Assembly: GCA_002269645.1 (NCBI GenBank) | Contig: NIVC01000947.1 | Span: 366,526 to 430,525 of the forward strand | Source of the DNA: Macrostomum lignano | Lineage: Eukaryota | Direction of reading: 5' to 3' | DNA: 64,000 nucleotides | Shown here: one piece after another, positions 46,669 through 57,790 of the stretch | Layout of the letters: the number at the start of each line of letters is the position of its first letter | Numbering within the stretch: position 1 is the stretch's first letter | Notes under the pieces: model-generated | Databases searched by the model: none | Told to the model about the DNA's origin: nothing | Seen by the model: only the letters and a program-made list of their open reading frames with translations | Translations under genes and position numbers: made by a program

Positions 46669-48072
46669 ATGAAGCTTTGTGACATTTCGGCGTATAGCTG
46701 TGAGAGTGTGCTGCCTAGGATCGAAGGCAAAGTGCATCTTCGAAATGAGGTTAGTAGCTTTAAATTCTTTGTAGAATCAAAATCTTGCTTATATATGTTA
46801 TTAGATCAGCATGTACCTAGGGACTACTCAAACTCGGGACGGGAAACAACAAAACTTGAAGGCCTATCTATTAATAACTTATTCCTCCAAAAGCATTACT
46901 TCGATATGTTCTACCTTGTAGTCAGTAAATTTGTCTGTGGTCAATCAAAACGTATCTTTCAAGTTCGTCGTTACCCGTCCCGAGTTCAAGTAGTCCCTGG
47001 ATGTACCTTTTAATTAAGATAATTATTAAATGCACTACGCATTCTACTGTTGCAGACTCGCACGTATCTAGACGGAGAAAAAATGCTGTTTTCAATACTC
47101 ATCGTGGATAACACCGACGACGTGAGAACTACTTTCTTCGGCACCAAACAACAAATTGAAAATATATGGAGCACATGCGAACCGGGTAAAAGTGTTGCGA
47201 TTCGAGGCGGAAAGGTTTCGGCAGGTGACACTGCCTTTAACATTAGAAGCAGCGCGTTGGAAGTAAAGGTCCAATTGAGTGACAATGAGGCTGGTGTGGA
47301 AAACTGTGAGGCGGATATTTACGGCAATCCACGATTTGAGCGGTACCAAGCGATTGGGAACCTCACTGATGTTGGAAGCAAGGGGTAAGTTTCGGATTAA
47401 TTACCAGCTCTCAAAATCAAAAATATGTCTCTACTTTATGTATTAAACGCCCCAACTTTCAATATCAGTCTTCAAATCTTTAGAATCGCCTAGCAATTTT
47501 AAGAATCACCGTTCAATGTTTAGAATCGCAATCGCCATTCACTCTAAAATTGCCAGAGAATTTTTAGACTCGCTCTCAACTCTTTAGCTAGAGTCAGTGT
47601 TAACATGTCCAGTACATCCTTGTCTTCGCGGTATTCGTACTTCAATTTTACACTGTTTTCTCCTTACCTCAGAGCCGTAGTCGACGTGATCGCCGTCATT
47701 CAAGCCATTGAGAAGCCCAAGAGCACAAAGACTAAGAGAGGAGAGGTGATTAAGTCAGCAGTTACGCTGACTGACAAGACAAACGTCAGCGTTAAAGCCA
47801 CATTTTGGGGCCAAAGTGCTGCGCAAGTGACTGACTGGGCAATTGGCCAAGTGTTGGCGATAAAAGGAGCTAGAACATGTGGCTTTGGAGGACTTTCCCT
47901 CACTTGCAGCAGTTCGCTGTGTGTCCTAAATCCGGACTTTCTGGACCTGGCAAAAGGCCTTGAGGATTGGTTTAAGACGCAGGATGTAATCCCAACGCCT
48001 ATTTCTTCTCTGATGGCTTCATCACCCCGTCGTGTTGCATCGCAGGGCAGCAGGGGGAGAGAGAGAGGATGA
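46669..48072 (+). CDS. RPA1/RPA70-like ssDNA-binding protein, two OB folds only (269 aa); exons 46669-46749, 47056-47384, 47673-48072
   Basis: GEKMLFSILIVDNTDDVRTTFF (DBD-A-like) and VVDVIAVI..VTLTDKTNVSVKATFWG..VLAIKGARTCGFGGLSL..LNPD...LEDWF (DBD-B-like). GT-AG junctions are phase-matched (0 and 2); 810 nt with no internal stop. Confidence 0.8.
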
Positions 48073-48535
48073 ACTCGTAATTGAGTTGCCCTTGTGCGTA
48101 AAGCGTATTCGTCTTCGCCAAGGCAGTTGGGAGGTAATGTTAAAAACAACCTGCATTTCACTTGATATTTTCTGTTTCTGCCATAGTGTTTCCATCGAAA
48201 TTTACATGAATCACAAATAGCTGGTGGCCCATCCAAGCCATTCTTTCAATGATGACTTCCATCCACTAAAAATCATTTTCAGACAACAGTCACAATTGCT
48301 ACTGCAAGTAGCTCACAGTAAGACATTTTCAATTGAGTAGATTTCTTGGTTTAAACCAGACAATTCAAATTTTATTTAATAGTCATATGCAATTTCAGGC
48401 AAAGCATTTCTACTGTGGACTCGGAGACACTTGCTGCATCTTCTGACTTCCACTGATTCATAAAAACTAAGCACTGGACTGCTGTGCCTATTCATTTATC
48501 AAAATTGCAATAAAATTAAATATATTCAATGCAAT

Positions 48536-51261
48536 TGTCACGTTATTGGCGTAGCGGCTATGGCTGTGATGACCCTTAAAAGGGCCGTTTTAGTCCCAAA
48601 ATAAGTTGGTTGAAGTCAACTGAGGCGAAGTGGTTGGTGTAGCGGAGCACTTGGCAACAAGGGCAGGAAACTGCCGTAGTCGTTTTTATTGTTGAAATCA
48701 ATATAAATAGTAAGCACAGAAGCACAGAACAAAGGTGACAAGACGGATGAGGCAAAAGGACACAGAGCAGAGGCACGAAAGAGAGACACAGTCCGGACAA
48801 CTGCGGGCAAACGACGACAAGCGCCAAGGGCGGCGGGACACGGCGCGGCGCGCCAAACAGGCGGGAGGGAGAAAACGGCGAGGGAGCGCCCAAGGCGGAG
48901 ACAGGACGGCGCGGAGCGCCAAGGCAGAAAACGGCGCAGCGCGCCAGGCGGAGAAAGGCGCAGCGCGCCAAGGCAGGAGACGGCGCAGCGCGCCAGGCGG
49001 AGACGGCGCAGCGCGCCAGGCGGAGAACGGCGCAAGAGCGCCAAGGCAGGAGACGGCGCAGCGCGCCAAGCAAAGGAACGGCGCCACGCGCCAAGGCAGG
49101 AAACGGCGACAGGGCGCCACGGCAGGGAACGGCGCCACGCGCCAAGGCAGAGAACGGCGCCACGCGCCAAGGCAGGAAACGGCGCCACGCGCCAGGCGGG
49201 AACGGCGCAGCGCGCCAGGCGGAGACGCGCAGGGGCGCCAAGGCAGGAAACGGCGCAGCGCGCCAGGCGGAGAACGGCGCAGCGCGCCAAACAGGCAGAA
49301 GGGAGGGAACCGGCGCGGAAGCGCCCAACAGACAGGGGGGAGAGGACCAGCGCGGAAGCGCCCAACAGGCAGGAAGGAGAGAACCGGCGCGGAAGGCGGA
49401 GAACAGCGGGGCCACAGGGACCCGTGGCCAACAGGGGCCACAGGAGGTAGTTTAACGCCTTGCCCAGGGCGTGAGCAAACTAATGCTTGCCACCCTACAG
49501 CTGGAGCAGGCCGGACACCTGGCACGCCCGGTACCTAACGGGTGGGCAGATGGGGCGCCCATAGCTGGGTCTGGGTTCAGTGGCTGGGGCTGGTGGATTA
49601 ACTGCCTGTGCGGCGACTGGGTCCGCCACAGGCTCGGGAGGCGCCATGCCGAAGTCTTCCCCGTTGCCGGACATTGTGCGAGATGAAGCTCAGGCAGGAG
49701 CCCGAGTGAGGCGAACGGAGCAACCACGAGTGAGAGTAAGGTTCCAGAGAGAACGAATTGAGGTTGATGACGCGAGAGACGAGAGAGATTGCGTCCTACT
49801 AACAAAAATACGTGCCTGACAGGGGCAAACCACAAAAAGCCTATAATAGGGGAGAGTCCTATCACGCAAACCACCCAGACTAACTGTCAGGCAATAGTCC
49901 CTACAAACAATCAGCGCACAGCGTAACCTGGCGTGGCTTGGCACACACAGCGGAGCTATCTTGGCAGAGCGTAAGCTCGAGCTCAACGCAGTTGACAGCG
50001 CGTGTTGCTCAGGGCGACGACCAGCGACGACCCGCGGCGACGAGCGAAGACCAGCCGGGCAGTCAGGACCCCTGGGCCTGACGTGGCACAGGCTCTTGCA
50101 GCCTTGCGGACCGAACCTCAGGCGTAGCACAGGCAGGCAGGTGCTCAGTCACGAGCCGGCAGAGCTGAGCAGAAGTCTCGCTGGTGGCTGGTGCTTGGTT
50201 GCAAACTGGCAGGACTGAGACGAAGTCTTGATGGCGCTGATTACGAGCTGGCAGGGCTGAGCAGAAGTCTTGATGGCACTGACTTAGTTGTGAGCCGGCA
50301 GTGCTGGGTAGGAATCTCGGTGGTGCTTAGTTTCGAACGTGTTGATGTTGAGCAGAATCTCAGTGGCGCTTAGTTGCGAACCGGCAGTGCTGAGCAGGAG
50401 TCTCGGTGGGACCTCCAAAATTATGTCACGTTATTGGCGTAGCGGCTATGGCTGTGATGACCCTTAAAAGGGCCGTTTTAGTCCCAAAATAAGTTGGTTG
50501 AAGTCAACTGAGGCGAAGTGGTTGGTGTAGCGGAGCACTTGGCAACAAGGGCAGGAAACTGCCGTAGTCGTTTTTATTGTTGAAATCAATATAAATAGTA
50601 AGTTTGGTTGTTACTGGCAAATAACAAACTATGGCTTTCTGGGCACTGGCGGCTGCAACAATAGTTTCTTTTAAGATAAATTGGATGTGAGTTCAAGCGA
50701 CAGACGAGTGATGCAATGGCGACGTACGTGATGATCAATGGCAATGAGTACAGTGAAGGCAGTGAGACGTAGTAGGCAGGCGGATGAGCAGTGGCGAAGT
50801 TGGCGTCAGTCGTGGCGTGAGGCAGTCAAGTAAGTGTGTGAGTAGGCCGGCCCAGACAGAGGGGCCGTGGCGAGAAATAAGGAGGCTCGAGGCAGCCAGA
50901 CAAGAACGCAAAAAGGGACGGAAGAACAGATAAGAAAGAGACGTGAGGAGTGCCTGCCGCCAGGCGGGGGTTTAATAAAGGAGCGCAGAGGGGGGTAGCG
51001 CGAAGCACGAGTGGTTTTCATTGGCTGGCGAGAGAACTTAAAATTATCGATCGTGCCAATTTTATACGGTCGCGAGAGAGGATAGCAAAATATACAGTGA
51101 ATTAGAAATTGCCACAAAATCGTTGGGCACTACTACAAGTAAACGTCGCAATAAACAAATGGAAAAGTTTAGTTGAAACGGTGAAACTGAAGGGTTGAAA
51201 CTATGGAGAAACAGTAGTCCAACGGCCCTTTTCGGGACCACCTTAAACTGGCAACGTCACA
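48536..51261 (-). mobile_element. Internally deleted LTR retrotransposon (Gypsy-like): 838-bp 5' LTR 51261-50424, tRNA-Gln PBS, 179-bp remnant of the 3' LTR 48714-48536
   Basis: Matching 179-bp direct repeat (48536-48714 and 50424-50602); TG..CA termini; 4-bp TSD CAAT; GAGTCTCGGTGGGACCTCCA (50398-50417) matches the tRNA-Gln 3' end; no pol sequence. Confidence 0.85.
48800..49420. repeat. GC-rich degenerate tandem repeat inside the LTR element
   Basis: GGCGCAGCGCGCCA(A)GGC(A/G)G variants. Confidence 0.85.
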
Positions 51262-51379
51262 CAATGATGAGACGTGCTAGAATGATGAGACATGATCTAG
51301 AATTTTGGAATTTTGGAAATAATTGTTTTTAGATTCCAACTTTGTTTTTAAATTTAAATTTGTGTGAAACACAGCCAGC

Positions 51380-51545
51380 CAACCAGACAGACAGACAGAC
51401 AGACACACACTAAGAAACTAAGACACTAAGACACTAAGACAGACAGATAGACAGACAGACAGACAGACAGACACAGACAGACAGACAGACAGAGAGACAG
51501 ACAGACAGAGAGACAGACAGACAGACAGCCAGACAGACAGACGAT
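51380..51545. repeat. (AGAC)n microsatellite
   Basis: Direct inspection. Confidence 0.9.
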
Positions 51546-51799
51546 ATGTGTAGGAGGAAGTTTTGGGAGCTGTCTTCTGATAGGTTAATTGCACTTTACT
51601 GAGTCAACTGCAATTAATAAAAACTGGAAAACAGGTCAACTGTTATTTCAGGTCAAGTGCGACCTCGAGTTCATTTTGACCAACTTCGATACTAATTTTT
51701 AAAGCCAGTGTTTAAAAATCTGAAATGGTCTGCCGATTACATTTTCCAAATTATTCGAAACGGTATGAACAAGTATGTTCTTGTGTATGAAACGACACG

Positions 51800-52140
51800 A
51801 GATGTTGCTATGGTGCACTAGATTGTTGCTATGGTGCACGATATTGTTGCTATGGTGCATTGGATTGTTGCTATGGAGCATGAGATTGTTGCTATTTTGT
51901 ACAAGATTGTTGTTACAATATTACTGCTATGGTGCGTGAGATTGTTGCTATGGTGCACGAGATTGTTGCTATGGAGCATGAGATTGTTGCTATGGTGCAT
52001 GAGATTGTTGTTATGGAGCATGAGATTGTTGCTATTTTGTACAAGATTGTTGCTACTATTACTGCTATGGTGCATGAGATTGTTGCTATGGTGCACGAGA
52101 TTGTTGCTATGGAGCATGAGATTGTTGTTATGGAGCATGG
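51800..52140. repeat. Minisatellite, 21-bp unit (GAGATTGTTGCTATGGTGCAT)
   Basis: Direct inspection. Confidence 0.9.
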
Positions 52141-52974
52141 TGTACTACTATTTGAGACATATCGATATTGCATCTTACTGTAGTGATTAGTTTGGAACTG
52201 GCCACGCGTAAATGGGGTGGTGTCCAAGATCTATAGCTATTTAAAGTATATAGCTTTGATTCGCTTGTTAACCTCTCTTATGCGTGCAATCTTATCTGAA
52301 ATGCCTATCAGATTGGAGGGCGATGGAGGAGGGTGTAGTGTACGTTGCTCTGCACTGCCTCAGTACTTTCTCTCTTGCCTTAGTCTAAAGAATGATGTGC
52401 TATGTTCAAAGGTAAGAAAAATAATATATTGTGTACATTCAGATTCAGCCTTCCTGCTGCTACTCTGATTGGCATCATTGAAAATGGCTAACAAACAAAG
52501 TAGATGTGCGCATCAGATTAATGCCCTTTAAAAAGGGTCTCAACTGTTCAGTTTCAATTTTTACTAACAGCAACCACCTAATTATTATCTTTCTGCAGTA
52601 ACATTCTCTGCTAGATTTTTCTAAGATAAGTGAACTTTCTTACTCATAGCGATTTTCCAGTACTCTGTGTATTACATTGTTTTGTATTCTTTAGCAATTT
52701 AAATACCTGGTATAAACATTAATTGCATATCTACTACCCCAGTACTGCTACTTATATTTAATTTCTCACTTTCTCTACTCATCGTTATAATCATTTGGCT
52801 TAATTCTTTTGCATCGAGAATGGCAAAGCGTGGTGCGAAAAGCGCATTGTCGAAAAGCCGCGAGGCGAAGAGACGCCGTCGAGAAGAATCCGCTGATGCT
52901 AGAGAGCAGCGACTGAAAGCGCAAAGGCTAAACAAGCGCCAAGGCGAACACAAACGGCGTTCCGGTGAGTCGGC

Positions 52975-53437
52975 ATCAGATCGCGAAGCTCGGCTGATGG
53001 CAGACAAAGAGCGCACGGATCGCCGCAGATCAATGGAGACCGAGTCAGATCGCGAAGCTCGGCTGATGGCAGACAAAGAGCGCACGGATCGCCGCAGATC
53101 AATGGAGACCGAGTCAGATCGCGAAGCTCGGCTGATGGCAGACAAAGAGCGCACGGATCGCCGCAGATCAATGGAGACCGAGTCAGATCGCGAAGCTCGG
53201 CTGATGGCAGACAAAGAGCGCACGGATCGCCGCAGATCAATGGAGACCGAGTCAGATCGCGAAGCTCGGCTGATGGCAGACAAAGAGCGCACGGATCGCC
53301 GCAGATCAATGGAGACCGAGTCAGATCGCGAAGCTCGGCTGATGGCAGACAAAGAGCGCACGGATCGCCGCAGATCAATGGAGACCGAGTCAGATCGCGA
53401 AGCTCGGCTGATGGCAGACAAAGAGCGCACGGATCGG
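52975..53437 (+). repeat. Coding tandem repeat, 69-bp unit (ESDREARLMADKERTDRRRSMET), ~7 copies
   Basis: Units start at 53042, 53111, 53180, 53249, 53318 and 53387. Confidence 0.95.
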
Positions 53438-55570
53438 TGGAGAGCTGAGGGTCAGGTTCGCAGCGGGAAGATCGGCTGCGTTTTCATCGACAGCATTATC
53501 GGAGGTCTCTCGAACCGCAGCAAAGTGTCAGGTAAGGCTGTCCTCTCTTCCCCTCTCCTGTCTTCTGCGCTCTCCTCTAATACTCTTGATTACATGTACT
53601 AATCACGAGCTGTCTGGATAATTATAAGCTTTAAGTATTGTGGCAGCTAATCTGATGGTTCCTTCTGCTAATATTATTTATTATCTTGGCCCTATTGTCT
53701 CCCAAACTTACAGCCACTTGGATCTACCTAGCAATGTGCCAGTTAGTGCAACACAAGTCACCAGAGTGAGCGGAGATGGCAATTGCTACTTCCATTCTGT
53801 GTCTGACCAGCTCATTGGCACACCACTATATGGACCATCAGCAACTTCGGCGTTTCATTGCTACTGATGCCAGACCACTGCTTGAAGCTCAGCATGCTAC
53901 ATTTGCAGCTCTTGGTCTAACAGTGGATAGAGTGATTGCTGAGACCCAACAGGATGGAGTTGATGTGCATGAGCATATTGCACCCATGCTGAATCAAATT
54001 CTTGATGTTGATTACGCCATCTACGAGTATCAGTATGCCGACCATGGCAGAAGGCAGCTCCAGCTGGTGCAGCAGGCTCCAGCTGCAAGAAGGCCTACAG
54101 TTGCCTCCGTGCAGCTTCTCTATGACCGCCATGGTGAGCATTACGACTCTCTGCGTTTTGCGACTCCAGTCTCCGAGGACAGTTCTGCCTCTGCTCTGCC
54201 TGAGTTTCTCAAGTCTAGGTGAGTTAAGTTTTTTAACAGAAATATAGCTACTTTTTGCTTCCCAGGCTTTCTAAAAATTTTTATCCGAATAAATTGTAGT
54301 AGAAAATACCAAATTTTTTGAAGCCAATATAATATTTTCCTTATTTACACCAATAAAGATGCCGTCGTAATGATATTGCTAATTTTTAGTACAAAAATTG
54401 AAAATTATTCCCATCCATTGAAATTTGCAGTACGAACCACTGTCAGCCCGCTGTCAGTGTTGCGTCTGATGTGCACGAATTATCAGATGAGGATGCTGGG
54501 TGAGTTGTATTGAAGCACTATATAATTTTTGTTTCCATTATCGCGCATATGCCATGCTATGTGTACTACTTTTAAAGTATTTCTTTGCGCTTGGAATTTT
54601 CATACATTTAAAAGCATTGACATTCGTCTTTTGTCTTTTGAATTTAAAATTAAGAAAATTGAACTTGAATTTAAGTCTCTCTTTGCAATCTGAATTATGT
54701 GCATCTCTTTTTCCCCTCTACAGAGCCGATCCCGCACCCAGGCCTGAGCCACAAGTCCATCAGCTGGGCTGCATGAGCAAACGCTGCCAGAACTGCAATG
54801 CCTTGTACTGGACAGGAGAGCCAGCAGGAATCTGCTGTGCAGCGGGCAGGGTGAAGCTGCCTGCCAAGACTGTGCCGCCAATCCTGCAGGACCTGTTCGT
54901 TGGGCGCCACCCGCTGAGCGCTAATTTCTTGACTAACATCCGAAGCTACAATGCGGTGCTGCACCTTACCTCACTGAAGGTTACCCTGCGACCCATGCGA
55001 GGTTACTGCCCCAGCTACATCATCAATGGTGATCTGGTGCACAGCATCCCGCCTCTGTATGCCGGGGCTTCAACTATACCTCAACTATACCTCATGGCTA
55101 TCAGGCATACTTCACGGACCGTGAACTGGAGAGCCGACTGACTCTCAGCAGAAATGTCGATCTGGAGCTGCTCAAGCTGCTGCAGGCTGTGTTGCACGAC
55201 TGCAACGAATATGTCCGGAGCCTGAAGGCTGCAGCCCAACGAATCGATGAAGCGCCGGAGCTGAGACACGCTCGAATCGTCATTTACCCGAACCGTCGGC
55301 CTACTGGAGAGCATATCCGGTGAGTCGCTATTGGGCTTGAGTTATTGTAAGAAATTTTAGTACTCTGTACTATTTTTAAGTCATGCTACGTTTCTTGATT
55401 CCTCCTTGTTGTGTACTTTAACCTGATTGGTTAAAGTAATTCAACTGCTACTAAATTTTTGTTTAAATACTGTAGAATACGGACTTTATGAGGCTGGATT
55501 TTCTCAAAAGCAAATAGTTGGTCAAGTTGACTTATGCATTTGTCGTGTATGTTCAAAGCCAATTTGAAAG

Positions 55571-57790
55571 TGATGTAACCGCCCTTGTCGCCTGTCCGCT
55601 CCTTTGAGAGACGAACGCATGACTAGAGGGGGCAATGACCGTAGGCTTCCTATGACCGGGCAATGACCTGACGGACCTCCAGCACCAGACTGTCCCGCCC
55701 ACATGATTGATAGCTTTGGTAGCGCTTCGTGACCAGAGGGCCAAGGACCCACATGGACCCCACCTGTAGCCAAGGTGCAATAGTTGGTCACTCGGTCATA
55801 GTATGACCGAGTGGCTACCACCACTCTATGTGACCTGGCGCACCTGGATCTTTCTACCAGACCTCTCGAGGCTAGAGCCCCGCCTGGGATGGTTACCAGG
55901 AGATTTAGGTTAACAGGGGAGAAACATGCAGCCGAGTACAGGGACTCTGCTTGGGGCATGATCGGGAACTCTGGGCTCAATCTGGAGGATTTCTCAGCAG
56001 GGGATCCTTTGTGGCTGTGAGCGAGGCTGACTTGCGACTTTGATTACTAAGAGTAGTATGAGGCGAACATGTACTGTCTATAGTTTAGATTGCTCAGGGC
56101 GAAGGGACGCGTCAGCATGGGGTTGCAACCTTCCTACTGCCATTCTGCGCCAAGACTCGCTAATCCCTCTACTGCACGCACCCACGGCCCCGCAGCACGC
56201 ACTCACAGGCGAGCTTTGCACGGGGAGAGGCCATTAGCTTACCCAAACTTCCTTATGCTTCGCCACCCCGGGGGAAAGGCTTAGCAAGCCATGAGTGAAA
56301 TGATGGTGAAAGAGTGAATAATGATGAGGTTAGTTAATAGTTAATAATTAGGCCCTTAGGCAAATAGTCAGGCACTTAGGCGGCTTCACTATTGAGTAAA
56401 ATACAGCAAAAGTTACGGTATCACAATTGGCTCAGCTCTCTAATTAAGCAATGGCAAATAGGCAAACCCCGGATAAGCAAGGCGAATAGAGCACAAATTA
56501 GTAATAGGAACTTACCGGCAGCTGCACAGAGAGAGAGAGAGAGGCGGAGTGACCGAGGGCGGCTGTAGGCTGCAGTCAGGCAGACGGTGAAGCGGCGATG
56601 CGCTGAAGCGACTAGGCGCTGGTGTAGATCAGGCGATGCTGATGATGCTGGGCGGTAACAGACCGCTGGCCGATAGGCGAGCTCACTTGGGGAGCTAAGG
56701 ATAACTTGGCGGTAACAGACCGCGGACCGGCAGGGGTTCGTCTTATAGACGGGAAAGTCAGATCAGTGTCTGACCGCAAGTCCAAAGAAGGACGAGGAGA
56801 CGAACAGTCCCAAACAATCTGAGGATTCTCATGCCGAAATCGCTTCCTTTTATAGCCTTCACAGCCGCCTCTCCCAGGTCGTTACCATGACTCCCTCTCT
56901 CTGATTGGCTGCCGGCAGAATGACGTCAGAATGAGTCATAATGAGAAACATGAGACCGGCATAGCAACATGAGAAATGGGAGAATTGCGCAATCCGGAGG
57001 TGGGGTGGGGGAATAATTGGCGCAGCGGGTGGTCGCGAAAGTGTTGCGCAAGCAAACATTTAGAACAATGGGCTGGGGTCGAGAACAAAGGAATCGGAAA
57101 TCGGGAATAATTGGGGAGAATCGAGAACAATAGAAAAGAAAAATAGTGGGGAAAAGGTGATAATTAGGTGCGAAAACGAGAACAATAGAAAGAGAAAATC
57201 GGAGAAAATGGGATAATTGGTGGGGGTAAAGAAAACAAAAGAATCAAAAACGAGAACAATAGAAGCGGAGGTGAGGTGGGTGTCGCATGAGAAATTTGGG
57301 GAGGAGAACAATAGCATGAGAAAAGGTTGCGCAAGAGAGGGGGATGAGTCATCGATAAGTCATCGAGGGGAAGAAGGGGTCACACGACTTGCGTCACCGT
57401 TTGGGAGTTTGGGAAGGGATGGGAGGTCGGTGAGCACACAACATACTGTAAGTAGACGTAGAGAAAGAGGGGACAGCGCAAGAAAAGAGTGCAGAGAGAG
57501 ACAAAAAGAGGGGGGATAGGGAAAGTACAAGAAGAGTAGGGTGGAGCGCAGGGGAGATAAGGTAGAGGGGAGGGTACAGAGAGGGACAGGGAGCTCCGGA
57601 AAGGCAAGTGTGGCGGTAGGGGAGACGGAGCCGAGGCAGCAGGGGGTGCAGCAGAGCGGGAGTCTCCAGGCCTGGTCGGAGACCTGGCCGAGTCTCGACA
57701 GCTCTATGCAGGGGGGGGGATGCACGGGATAGGAGGCACTTTCGAAAAAGTTCCCATGCCCTATCCCGCGACCAGAGCGTGGTTACATCA
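55571..57790 (-). mobile_element. 2.2-kb solo LTR (or LTR-like element) in RepHel intron 3
   Basis: Termini TGATGTAACC ... GGTTACATCA (perfect 10-bp inverted repeat); 4-bp TSD AAAG; minus-strand GGCTATAAAAGG TATA (~56850) with upstream CCAAT. Confidence 0.75.

Noticed and set aside
54500-54723. Hydrophobic N-terminus of ORF 54500-55141 as a signal or TM segment
   Set aside because: It is AT-rich intron read-through upstream of the acceptor at 54723.
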